Assembly (NCBI GenBank): GCA_964601625.1
Contig: CAZROC010000001.1
Span: 46,348-110,347 of the forward strand
DNA: 64,000 bases
Origin: an uncultured Thermoplasmata archaeon
Lineage (GTDB): Archaea; Thermoplasmatota; Thermoplasmata; JAGHBH01
Reading direction: 5' to 3'
Shown: positions 36,223-45,024 of the stretch, one piece after another
Numbering within the stretch: position 1 is the first letter of the stretch
Layout: the number at the start of each line of letters is the position of its first letter
Program-made: the position numbers and the translations under genes
Notes under the pieces: model-generated
Told to the model about the DNA's origin: nothing
The model's input: only the letters and a program-made list of their open reading frames with translations
Databases searched by the model: none

Positions 36223-39165
36223 TCAGCCCTGTTTTCCCTCGTGGTTGGGCTCGTAGGGGTTGAAAGCCGGGTCGCCGTGGAGGACGAACTCCTCAAAGGT
36301 GTCGCACACCGTGCCGCCGTTGTCGCTGCCGCCTTCGTGCTCTATGTACCTGTTCTTGGCATCCATGAGAGCAAAGCCGACGCTGGTGTTGCCGTAAACC
36401 CAGCCCTCTGTCATGCCGCCGTCTTTGTTGTAAATGTATCCTGTGAGATCAGCGTAAATGTACAGTGCGAGAAGGTCGCCCAGGCTCTCGCCGGAACTCT
36501 CGTCAGGTATGGGCACCAGGCTACCCCAGGACTCTCTGGTAGCGCCTATATAAGCGTTCATCCCCGCGTGCAGGAACGCCTGTGAGAGAGCGTTTCTGCC
36601 CGGAATCCCGTCTATCCTGCCGGTCACACATGAAGAGCCAAAGATGACACTGGGACCAAACGTCATGTCTTTGACATGTGTCACATCAAAAGCTCCGCCG
36701 CCATAGGTGGGCTGTGTTATGCCTGCCATGCCCTCCTGGGCCGTGGGCACGTACCAGTAATAGAAACCGTGTGCACAGAAAAAGATGAAATTGGCGCTTT
36801 CGTAAAAAGGCTGTGAATACTGTCTCCTGCTCATCTGGTTCTGCAGGTTGTACGGTTTCTTGTTCGTGCTCATACCTGCCGCCTCGTACATCGCGGCCAG
36901 TTTTGTAGTTGTGGGATATGCACTGTCAATGGGCGGTTCAGAGCCAACAGTGGTTATGGCACTATCTTTCCAGAAAGGGGCAAGGTGTCCACTTTCCATC
37001 GGATTTTCGGTGTTCTTCGGACCACGGTAGTTTTCTATTATACGATGATAGAACACGTTTCTGGCTATGAGGGCGCTGACGTCCTGGGCGTCCCATCCGT
37101 CCACACGTCCCACCGCCAGCTCAAACGAGGCATCTTCTCCGGTGACACTGTATGGGGGATCGTCAAGGTCTGCGTCAACGTCCATGTAGCAGATATCGCT
37201 TGGAATCCCGAAACCCTCGGTGGCGTCTCCCTGGCCGTTGCTTGGATAGAAGTACATCGGGACCATGTTGGTGTCGGCTATTATTCCCACATACATGACC
37301 GTCTCGGGGTCCTGGGCCAGCTGGGCATAGTATTCCGCGAGTGCCGTCGGATCTGGTTCCATTCCAGCGATCTTAGCCAGCAGGCGATTGAGCTGTTTTT
37401 TTACCTCTTTGACCTCCTCGTTGGCGTCCCAAAGCGCCTCGGGGTTGGCGGCGGGAACACCGCACCCCGAACACCCTATGTAACCGGGACTGTACATCTC
37501 AAAGTCAGGTCTGGCCAGCACAACACCCTTGTGGTACGCCGCCAGATACGGGGCCATGCTGGAGAGACCGAACATCAGCGGATAGTTTGTGTCCTCCAGT
37601 TCCTGCACAGTTATGTCAACTGTGAAAGGCGCCGACGTGTCGGGGTCCGTGGGGAGTTTCCCCAGCAGCTGTATGATGTGCTCTGGTTGCTCCTCGTTGT
37701 AGAACGGGAGCTCTATGTAAAAGTGAGCCCAGAGAGGTTTGCTGTGGGGGTCCCTGGGATTGGCTCTGATGTAGTCATATCCCGGAGAGCCGCCGAAAAA
37801 CTGTAGCTCGTCGCTTTCGGTGGAAGTGTCAAGCACGCTGTCGTTGTTTCTGTCAATCCCTATAAACACGTATATTCTTTCCCCGGAGCCGTCGGCGTTG
37901 TGCTCAACGTTGTCTCTCAGAGGGCCATAGCTCCACGTCGGGCCAGTGGCCTCTGACACGTCCATCTTCACGTCTATTTTCACGTTCGCATATTTGTAGG
38001 GGATTGTGAAGTTGAACGCTGGTCCGTCGTTGCCCTCTGGCGCTGCGCCGGGATAAGCACGCGCGGACGAGTCGTGGATTATGCCCTCAAAGTGAAACTT
38101 TAACTCCTGCGGTTCCCCATCAACAACCTTCACCCTGGGAGGATAGACATCCATGGGGTTGGCCAGGGCTATGTAATTTATGTCGCCGCCCACACGCTCA
38201 CGTATCACCTTTATGATGGCGTCCTCTATCTCCTCATAACTCTTAAAATGCAGTGCTTTTCCGAAGCCGCCTATGTCCCCGCAGACTATTGAGTATTTGA
38301 CCTTCAGCGAAGACAGGATGTCTGCCACGTGGGCGTCCACTCCGCCGTCAACGACTATAACAGGTATGCTCAGATATGATGCCAGGGGGACCGCATTAAC
38401 CGCTTCCTCGTATCCTTTCTCGTCATCGTTGACAAGTACGACGGCGTCCGTGTAGTTCCAGAAATGAACAGCCACGTCCAGAGACACTTCTTCCGGCGTG
38501 CCAGAAAAAGGCGGAAGAACAAGCTCTCCCGGGAGCTCCGTATAAAGCGGGTCTCCGAGCACTATCAGAGATGCGTTTGTCGGGTCATACATGTTGAGGA
38601 AATGGCCGATGGCAGACGACCCGGATGTGTAGGGATAACGGTCTTCTTTTCCCTGGTAGACGAGCAATGGATGGAACGTGGGGGTGGACCCCGTGTAATA
38701 TGCACCAAGGGGCGTGCCTATCAGAGCGTACATGGGAGAAGAATCCGAGGCGATGAAAGCCACGTCTCCGGGGTCTTTGAACTGGGACTCTATCCTCAAA
38801 AGCTCGTCAACACTCGCACTCCCTGTCTCGTACCCTGTAACGGTCGGGCCACGCATAGAAACAGCGACCCAGAGGACCGTTGCAAGAAACAGAAGAGCTA
38901 TCACGCCGGCGAGTATCTTTTTGGTCCGGGCGTCAGAAAAATCTGGTTTTTTGGACGGCCTAAAGGACGGTTTCGCAGGGGGGCTCGCTTTAGGTTTTGA
39001 AAAATCCGGTTTCTCAGCCCCGGGACCAGCAACATCGCTTTCCTGGGCAGCCTGGGCAGACCCACTTTTTGGCTCCGGTTGCATTTGCTCTGCTGTTGGA
39101 GTCTCTGCGGTCTCCGCATGGACGTTCTCAGGATTTTCGGGAGCAGTTTTTTTGTCCTCTGTCAT
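36223..39165 (-). CDS. Large membrane-anchored extracellular protein with a C-terminal clan-CD (C25/gingipain-like) cysteine peptidase-like domain
   Basis: N-terminal ~100-aa low-complexity cytoplasmic tail, one TM (ILAGVIALLFLATVLWVAV), then a ~850-aa ectodomain. Candidate His/Cys dyad: FIFFCAHGFYYWY and VIFGSSCVTG, plus a VGRVDG...YHR region like C25 N-terminal domains. Start taken at ATG 39165 after GAGGTGGTG. Confidence 0.4.
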   Translation of the reverse strand: MTEDKKTAPENPENVHAETAETPTAEQMQPEPKSGSAQAAQESDVAGPGAEKPDFSKPKASPPAKPSFRPSKKPDFSDARTKKILAGVIALLFLATVLWVAVSMRGPTVTGYETGSASVDELLRIESQFKDPGDVAFIASDSSPMYALIGTPLGAYYTGSTPTFHPLLVYQGKEDRYPYTSGSSAIGHFLNMYDPTNASLIVLGDPLYTELPGELVLPPFSGTPEEVSLDVAVHFWNYTDAVVLVNDDEKGYEEAVNAVPLASYLSIPVIVVDGGVDAHVADILSSLKVKYSIVCGDIGGFGKALHFKSYEEIEDAIIKVIRERVGGDINYIALANPMDVYPPRVKVVDGEPQELKFHFEGIIHDSSARAYPGAAPEGNDGPAFNFTIPYKYANVKIDVKMDVSEATGPTWSYGPLRDNVEHNADGSGERIYVFIGIDRNNDSVLDTSTESDELQFFGGSPGYDYIRANPRDPHSKPLWAHFYIELPFYNEEQPEHIIQLLGKLPTDPDTSAPFTVDITVQELEDTNYPLMFGLSSMAPYLAAYHKGVVLARPDFEMYSPGYIGCSGCGVPAANPEALWDANEEVKEVKKQLNRLLAKIAGMEPDPTALAEYYAQLAQDPETVMYVGIIADTNMVPMYFYPSNGQGDATEGFGIPSDICYMDVDADLDDPPYSVTGEDASFELAVGRVDGWDAQDVSALIARNVFYHRIIENYRGPKNTENPMESGHLAPFWKDSAITTVGSEPPIDSAYPTTTKLAAMYEAAGMSTNKKPYNLQNQMSRRQYSQPFYESANFIFFCAHGFYYWYVPTAQEGMAGITQPTYGGGAFDVTHVKDMTFGPSVIFGSSCVTGRIDGIPGRNALSQAFLHAGMNAYIGATRESWGSLVPIPDESSGESLGDLLALYIYADLTGYIYNKDGGMTEGWVYGNTSVGFALMDAKNRYIEHEGGSDNGGTVCDTFEEFVLHGDPAFNPYEPNHEGKQG

Positions 39166-39206
39166 CAACACCACCTCAATTATAGCACAGAACCAGACAG
39201 GTCGGA

Positions 39207-39393
39207 TGTGCCTATTAACCTTATGTGCTTATTAACCTTTTTTCCTATAAAACTCCACGGGAGACACCATATATATTGTTTTTGGTATAGAAGAGATATG
39301 AAGGGATAGGATAGTATGGATAGTATGAAAGGATATATGCCTGTGGATATGTGCCAGAGGGATAGGGAATATGCCCGGGGAATATGCCCGGGG
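39207..39393. repeat. Cluster of short direct/tandem repeats in the 5' region of the C25-like gene
   Basis: tgtgc(c/t)tattaacctt at 39207-39222 and 39224-39239. gatagtatg x2 at 39310-39327 with another gatag at 39305. aatatgcccgggg x2 at 39368-39393. Additional ggatat/gatag units at 39331-39365. Confidence 0.6.
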
Positions 39394-39410
39394 CACACAA
39401 AGTCGGAACA

Positions 39411-40457
39411 TCAGAACACCACGAGCAGGTAAACGAAGAAAACATAGCCAGCTATGAGCACTGGAGCGAAATACCTCCGCATCGGCTCTCTGGCGGGAGT
39501 CAAAAGGGGGAAAGCGGAGACAACCAGCGCGTATGGCACGAAAATGTAAACCACAGACCAGGGCACAGGGATGGGCCTCAAAAGAGACGCAAAGCCCAGA
39601 ACAGCGAGGATGTTCATAAGGTTGCTGCCTATCACATTTCCGACGGTTATCCCGTGTTTTTTCTTTATGCCCGCAACAACAGACGTGGTTATCTCAGGGA
39701 GCGACGTCCCCAACGCCACAACGGTTGAGCCTATGAAAAGATCGCTCACTCCAAAAGCGTAAGAGACACCGATAGCCCCCCTTACCAGCAGGTCAGCCCC
39801 AAAAACGACCACCAGACCAAAAAAGAGGGTCAGGGCCACATAAAAGGCGACAGGCTTCTTTTTTCCGCTCTTCTTACCATTCTTACCAGATTCCCCTTTG
39901 TCAACCCTCGCGCTCTCCCGCTCCGGAGAGGGGCGCTCCGAACGCTCCGAAGAACCCTTTCCACCCCCCGGACCCTCGCCCTCCAGCTCTTCGCTTCTGT
40001 CCACATCTTTTCTCCTGTAAACAAGAACCAAAAAAAGGATATAGGAGACGAAAAAAACCCCGCCCTCAACACGACCAAGAACCCGGCCCGTGTACAGAAA
40101 CAGCCACAGGGCTCCGGTTGCACTCAAAAGCAAAAGCGTGTCAAACCGGGTACGAGAGCCGGGCAATATGGGATAAAAAAACAGTGGCAGGCCGATGGCC
40201 AGACATACGTTAGCCACGTTGCTCCCGATCACATTTCCCACCGCTATTCCCCCCACACCTGTCAGAGAGGCTATAGAAGACACGGCCATCTCGGGCAAAG
40301 ACGTGGCGAACGCCACCAGGCTCACACCGATAACGTACTGGGAGACACCTGCCCTCCTGGCGACCACAACGGCGCTGTCAACGAAAAGGTCCGCCCCCTT
40401 AACGAGCAAAAAAAAACCGACTAGGACGAGCAACACGTCCACAGAGACAGAGTCCAA
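39411..40457 (-). CDS. Ca2+/Na+ antiporter (CaCA family, YrbG/NCX-like)
   Basis: Two alpha-repeat signatures (GNVIGSNVANVCLAIG and GNVIGSNLMNILAVLG) separated by a charged cytoplasmic loop; ~10 TM helices. Confidence 0.8.
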   Translation of the reverse strand: MDSVSVDVLLVLVGFFLLVKGADLFVDSAVVVARRAGVSQYVIGVSLVAFATSLPEMAVSSIASLTGVGGIAVGNVIGSNVANVCLAIGLPLFFYPILPGSRTRFDTLLLLSATGALWLFLYTGRVLGRVEGGVFFVSYILFLVLVYRRKDVDRSEELEGEGPGGGKGSSERSERPSPERESARVDKGESGKNGKKSGKKKPVAFYVALTLFFGLVVVFGADLLVRGAIGVSYAFGVSDLFIGSTVVALGTSLPEITTSVVAGIKKKHGITVGNVIGSNLMNILAVLGFASLLRPIPVPWSVVYIFVPYALVVSAFPLLTPAREPMRRYFAPVLIAGYVFFVYLLVVF

Positions 40458-40459
40458 AT

Positions 40460-41251
40460 CTATCTCCCCCCTCCAAGGGCCTTTTCCACGAACTTTGAAA
40501 GGTACGCGCCTTTATTTTCGTCCCCGGAACGCCTCCCGCCCCCGCTTCCATCTCCACCACGCACCTGTCCCCCCCTGCGAACCGCTCTCCGCCCGCTCCC
40601 GCCTGATTTTTTTGAAAAAAGGCCCGCCTCTCTCTCCCCTCTCATCGCCTCTATTCTCTTATAAAGACCCCCGGCTCGCTCCAGAAGACCGGTCTCTTTT
40701 CCGTACTCCCATTCCTCCGCCATAAGAAAAGCCTTTCTGGCGTGGGAAAAAGCCGCGGATAGGTTGCCCGCCCTTGAGTAGGAGATGGCACGCCCCATCT
40801 CTTCCTGTATCTCAAACGACCGGACAAAACAATCCCTGCAAATAGGCACCCTAAAATCATAGTTAAAAACAACCGATGAATAAACCATCGGCCGCGAAAA
40901 ATCGCCACACCGCTCACAGATGGGACGTCCACACACCGAACAGATTCCCGTTCGGAGGCCAGCAAGAGAACTGCCACACGTGGGACAGGCCCGGCGCCCC
41001 ACGTCTCCAACTGCATCTTTTCTTATTTCCCCACGCCTCACAGACCTCTTTTTCACATCCCCTCCCCCAGACGGCCCGGGGGCGTTTTCCATCTCAAACA
41101 GAGCAGCGTATGCGTCTGCGTAATCTGCGTCGCCGCCCCTCTCAGAGCGAACCTGGACATATGCTCTGAGATGGTCCATCAACACCGACCGTCCGCCACT
41201 GTTCCCCCTGGTTCCGCTGTTCCCGCCGTCTTTTTTCATGCAGACAACCAT
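40460..41251 (-). CDS. Zinc-ribbon protein with Gly/Arg-rich termini (hypothetical)
   Basis: Four CxxC pairs (CPTC...CSVC...CERC...CRDC) and RGG-like low-complexity N- and C-terminal tails. Confidence 0.4.
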   Translation of the reverse strand: MVVCMKKDGGNSGTRGNSGGRSVLMDHLRAYVQVRSERGGDADYADAYAALFEMENAPGPSGGGDVKKRSVRRGEIRKDAVGDVGRRACPTCGSSLAGLRTGICSVCGRPICERCGDFSRPMVYSSVVFNYDFRVPICRDCFVRSFEIQEEMGRAISYSRAGNLSAAFSHARKAFLMAEEWEYGKETGLLERAGGLYKRIEAMRGEREAGLFSKKSGGSGRRAVRRGGQVRGGDGSGGGRRSGDENKGAYLSKFVEKALGGGR

Positions 41252-41271
41252 ATTCAGGTGGATAGATAAAA

Positions 41272-43377
41272 TTATCTGATTTGAATGCCAGTGTTTTGTG
41301 AGCGGACGAAAAAAACTCCCAGGCGACGGACCAGACTGACAGGAGAAGAGACCTCTTCCATCGGCCCGACCACATCGCTCACCACCCTGGCACGCCAGTC
41401 CAGGATGACCGCCACCCCCCTGTCGTTCTCAGACCGTATGAGCCGGCCCACCGCCTGCGCCGTCTTTCTCTTCATGGGAGTTGAAACGATGTACTCCCAC
41501 CCCCTCCCATACCGCATGTCATAGTACCTGACAAGGGCCCTCTGGCGTGCAGAGGGGCGGGAATATGGGAGACCGCATATCACAACCATCTCCAGCGCTT
41601 CACCGGGAAAGTCCATTCCCTCGCTCACCCGCCCGCCGGTGACAGAAAACAGCACGCCGCCGTCTCTGACAAAACTGGAAACCATGTCCATCAGGTCTCT
41701 CTGCGACAGACCACGCTCGTCCACAAAAAAGCCGCTGCCATCACCCCCAGCAGTACCTCCCGTGGTGCCTCCTGCCATGGCTCCTCTTTTTGCGGCGGCA
41801 AGATCCTCCATGGCCAGAACGTCGTGGAGGATAGAATAGCTGGGAAAAAAGAAGATAGTGTTGCGGGAGTTTTCTACGGCAAAATTGTACAGGGCGCCCA
41901 CGTACTCTGCCATCCTGTTTTTTGTCTCCTCTTTTTTCCACTCCTCATAGCGTGTGGTTGTATCCCCCGCAAACAAAACCAGCCGGTTTTCAGGGGGAAA
42001 GGGCCAGGGTGAGATATGGACGAGGGGGTTTTCCAGCCCCACGCTCTCAGAGTACTCCTCAACCGGCGCCAGGGTCCCGGACATGTGAACGGACCACCTG
42101 GTCCTGTTGAGATCCGATGTGGCAACAGAGGGGTCAAGGCAGAAAGCCTCAATCCGTGGATTCTTTCCATCTCCTTCTCTGACCACCAGGTGCGCATATC
42201 TCTCCGGGTCAACACCGCCCCACAGATAAAGAAAAGAGGCCATGGAATGGAGATAAGATCGGGGGAGTTTTCCCCTCTCAAGTTTCTCTCTGCGGACGGC
42301 CTCTCCCATGGCCAGCAGCGACTCAATTATGGCGGAGAGGCGGGGAGAGGATACCCCCAGAGAGGACAGGATTTCAACGCTGAACTCGCCCGCTGGCAGG
42401 AGAGCGTCCTCTTCCTCTCCACAGTACGTGTCCGCAAGCCGATGGATCACATCGCTCACAGCATCGCAAACATCCGAAGCCCTCAACCCCTCAAAAACCA
42501 CCGGGTCTCCGAGCTTTTCCACCTCCGCCCTGGCCATCCTCACCGTGTGAACAGAGAGCTCTATGGAGGATATCTCCCTGGCAAAGTCCGGGAGGTTGTG
42601 CGCCTCGTCAACCACCACGACCAGGTCTCCCAGAGAGACACGCATGGCCTCCAAGAGCCCATTCCGTATCAGCGGGTTGAAAAAATAGATGTAGGGGGCG
42701 ACGACGACATCGGCCTCGGCCAGAACCTCTTTTGTGGCCTCATACGGGCACACACCCATCTCACCCAGGACGTCAGCCATCTCTTCCGGCGTGGGAGTGT
42801 TCTCCCTGAACCACTTCGTAAACCACCCCCTGTCCATGGACCTGAAACCGGCATAGAAACGACAGCCCCCCTTTTTTCCCTCAAGGGTCTTCTTTTTTCT
42901 ATGAGAACACCACCGTGAGAGCTCCTCGGGCGAACCGGACGCCAGGGAGGGGTCCTCATGTGACATCTCCCGGAGCAGGGGACACATCTTCTCACGTCCC
43001 TGGACGCCGCAAACAACTATGCCGCTCCCAACGGCCCTGTTTATCTCCCGGACCTCTCTTATAGCCTGCAGCTGCTGGCTGTTTGTCCTCGTCAAAAAAA
43101 GCACTTTCCCATAACCGCTCCCGGAGCCGCCACTTTTAAAACCAGCCGCCTCCTCACCTGGAAAAAGCAGGTTTGCCGCCCCCAGAGCGCCCCAGAGAGC
43201 ACAGACTGTTTTCCCGGAGCCGGTAGGGGCGTGTAAAACAAACGGCCGACCGGCCCTGGCTGCGGCTACCATCTTTCGCAACAGGTCAACCTGAAAAACC
43301 TTGGGGCGATACGGGAAACCCCTGAACTCCTCTCCGCTTCCACCGGGACCTTCAACGGAAAAACGGGTCTCGTTCAT
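41272..43377 (-). CDS. xpd: XPD/Rad3-family 5'-3' DNA helicase (FeS-cluster helicase)
   Basis: Walker A (HAPTGSGKT), DEAH box (VVDEAHNLP), four-Cys FeS domain (CPLL...CSHRKK...CRFYAG...CPYEATK) and C-terminal motifs (YSRPSARQ...AVGRLIRSEND). Extra Gly/Ala-rich low-complexity inserts. Confidence 0.85.
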   Translation of the reverse strand: MNETRFSVEGPGGSGEEFRGFPYRPKVFQVDLLRKMVAAARAGRPFVLHAPTGSGKTVCALWGALGAANLLFPGEEAAGFKSGGSGSGYGKVLFLTRTNSQQLQAIREVREINRAVGSGIVVCGVQGREKMCPLLREMSHEDPSLASGSPEELSRWCSHRKKKTLEGKKGGCRFYAGFRSMDRGWFTKWFRENTPTPEEMADVLGEMGVCPYEATKEVLAEADVVVAPYIYFFNPLIRNGLLEAMRVSLGDLVVVVDEAHNLPDFAREISSIELSVHTVRMARAEVEKLGDPVVFEGLRASDVCDAVSDVIHRLADTYCGEEEDALLPAGEFSVEILSSLGVSSPRLSAIIESLLAMGEAVRREKLERGKLPRSYLHSMASFLYLWGGVDPERYAHLVVREGDGKNPRIEAFCLDPSVATSDLNRTRWSVHMSGTLAPVEEYSESVGLENPLVHISPWPFPPENRLVLFAGDTTTRYEEWKKEETKNRMAEYVGALYNFAVENSRNTIFFFPSYSILHDVLAMEDLAAAKRGAMAGGTTGGTAGGDGSGFFVDERGLSQRDLMDMVSSFVRDGGVLFSVTGGRVSEGMDFPGEALEMVVICGLPYSRPSARQRALVRYYDMRYGRGWEYIVSTPMKRKTAQAVGRLIRSENDRGVAVILDWRARVVSDVVGPMEEVSSPVSLVRRLGVFFVRSQNTGIQIR

Positions 43378-43476
43378 AGACGAAGAAAAAACAGGATATA
43401 ATAAATCACTTTCCGGCGGGGGGCGGCGAAAAGGTCAAAGTGTCAGAGGCGGCAGCGAGCCAGCCAACGGAAACCA

Positions 43477-43929
43477 TCATAGCTCTTCTCTGCTGAACCA
43501 GACGTCGTCGGGCAGCTCTTCGTATATCCTGCTCTCGTCGTCCTCTTCCGCCTCTTTTTTCCTCTGCTCCTCTGCCATCTCAAAAATCTTTTCCTTTTTG
43601 AACAGCCAGTAGTGTATCCTCCACTCCCTCCCATCGTAGAGGGTCGTCTCCTCCCTCTCAGTCGTCAAAAGACCAGAGTCCTCAAGTATGTAAAAAGCGT
43701 CCCTGTCCTCCGGCTCAAGCATGTTATCAATAATCCTCTCACTGTACCCGAAAAAGTTCATCACATGCTGGGCTATAGCCCTCGCCTCCTCATCATGCAT
43801 GGCTCCATTGCTGACACTGTGCTTTATCGCTTTGGCCAGGTCGTCAACCGTGACAACGGACTCCTCAACCTTTTTCAGTTTCAACACGTTCACCATGGCC
43901 ATTCCTCCACTCCACTTTTCATGCTTCAC
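43477..43929 (-). CDS. Hypothetical acidic protein
   Basis: ORF with a coding-like composition and a K/E-rich C-terminus; no recognisable family. Confidence 0.35.
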   Translation of the reverse strand: MKHEKWSGGMAMVNVLKLKKVEESVVTVDDLAKAIKHSVSNGAMHDEEARAIAQHVMNFFGYSERIIDNMLEPEDRDAFYILEDSGLLTTEREETTLYDGREWRIHYWLFKKEKIFEMAEEQRKKEAEEDDESRIYEELPDDVWFSREEL

Positions 43930-44007
43930 AGCACATCACGTCCACGGGCTCCAACCTCGTCGTGGATATGAAGTATTTCTAACACGCCCTATTTAAATGT
44001 TGCCGTC

Positions 44008-44013
44008 AAAAAA
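44008..44013 (-). terminator. Oligo-T tract (TTTTTT on the transcribed strand) immediately 3' of tRNA-Ser
   Basis: Archaeal RNAP commonly terminates at oligo-T; this run follows the encoded CCA. Confidence 0.4.
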
Positions 44014-44016
44014 GGG

Positions 44017-44104
44017 TGGCGCGGGGAGGGAGATTTGAACTCCCGAGACGCAGTGCGTCAACGGATTAGCAATCCGTCGCCGTACCGGGCTGGGCCATCC
44101 CCGC
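44017..44104 (-). tRNA. tRNA-Ser (anticodon GCU), class II with a long variable arm; CCA encoded
   Basis: Reverse complement reads GCGGGGA TG GCCC...GGC A ACGGA TTGCTAA TCCGT TGACGCACTGCGTCT CGGGAGTTCAAATCTCCCT TCCCCGC G CCA. It has a 7-bp acceptor stem, a 5-bp anticodon stem with the TTGCTAA loop (anticodon GCT), a variable-arm hairpin GACGCA/TGCGTC, and the T-loop GTTCAAATC. Confidence 0.9.
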
Positions 44105-44252
44105 ACAGACACCACAGCCACAGCATGGGAAATTAACGCGGCTGTCTATTTATTTTTTTGCCCGCCAGAGCCCCTCTCCACCAGCCCACTTATAAACCCT
44201 GCCACGCTCTTCTTTAACCACCTCCTCTTTAATCTTCTTTTCTCTCTGCTCT

Positions 44253-44717
44253 TTATGTTTCTCCTATAAGCCCTATAAGTACGGGAAAAAGTGCTCCCCA
44301 TGTCCTGAAAGCCCGGGAATCAGTCCAGGGCACTTTCATAAAAAAAAACACCGTGACAATAGTCATATCAACCATCGGGATAATAGTTATTATAAAGAAA
44401 TGGAACTCCGTCAATCTCTTTTTAAACCTCTTGGTGTTTAGAAGTATAACCATGGGCACAGCCGTGAACATGCAAACAAGCGTCCAATAAAACAAAAAAC
44501 CAAGAACCCACCACATAAGAGAACCCATTAGGCCGCCACCCCACCGGTTTTTTGAGACACCACACAACCCAGACCGGACAGAGAAAACCAGGGAGGCGGT
44601 CAACTCGCTGTTATACAACGGACACCCAGGCAAGCCACAGAGATAAACAGCCGGGGGATAACAAACCAGCAACAGAACGTGGGGAGAAAAAGGTTGCGAC
44701 AAAGTGCCGTCCATCAT
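44253..44717 (-). CDS. Small predicted membrane protein (hypothetical)
   Basis: Four hydrophobic helix-length segments; the only sizeable ORF between tRNA-Ser and dnaG. Weak support. Confidence 0.3.
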   Translation of the reverse strand: MMDGTLSQPFSPHVLLLVCYPPAVYLCGLPGCPLYNSELTASLVFSVRSGLCGVSKNRWGGGLMGSLMWWVLGFLFYWTLVCMFTAVPMVILLNTKRFKKRLTEFHFFIITIIPMVDMTIVTVFFFMKVPWTDSRAFRTWGALFPVLIGLIGET

Positions 44718-45024
44718 TTCGCTGATAAAAATTTGTCGTATCCACCCTCAAAAAAATGTGAAAAGCCGGGCAACATCTTTTTACCACCTGCATTCTAACA
44801 TCCGGAGGGGAAAATACCCCACCTTTCACCCCATTTCACCCACTAACTTTAAATACGAGTATGGCCTCTATGTTTAGTGCAGAAAACTCATTCCCTCACA
44901 ATCACGCTCAACGTATCATCCACATCACGTGTCCAGCATGCGGATGTGAGACAACGGAGTTTGTATGAGAGCGGCTGTGGGGGGAGTTTTCTGCATAAAA
45001 ACACGACGAGAGAAGGTGATATAT

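Noticed and set aside
36985-37806. 273-codon plus-strand ORF inside the C25-like gene; similar long antisense ORFs at 45652..46461, 46594..47226, 52441..53328, 31532..32311, 28681..29259, 1606..2361, 11204..11484
   Set aside because: Each lies entirely antisense to a well-supported gene with recognisable family motifs, has Arg/Gly/Pro-skewed or low-complexity translation typical of GC-rich antisense frames, and has no recognisable domain. Treated as spurious.
39207-39393. CRISPR array?
   Set aside because: The repeat units are 9-16 bp, present in only 2-3 copies, directly abutting without spacers of CRISPR size. No cas genes are in the window.
44017-44104. tRNA intron or split tRNA
   Set aside because: The cloverleaf folds contiguously with a canonical 7-nt anticodon loop; no bulge-helix-bulge insertion is needed.
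43930-44252. Integrated element at tRNA-Ser (integrase, att duplication)
   Set aside because: No integrase- or transposase-like ORF was recognised on either side, and no duplicated tRNA 3' segment was noticed nearby.
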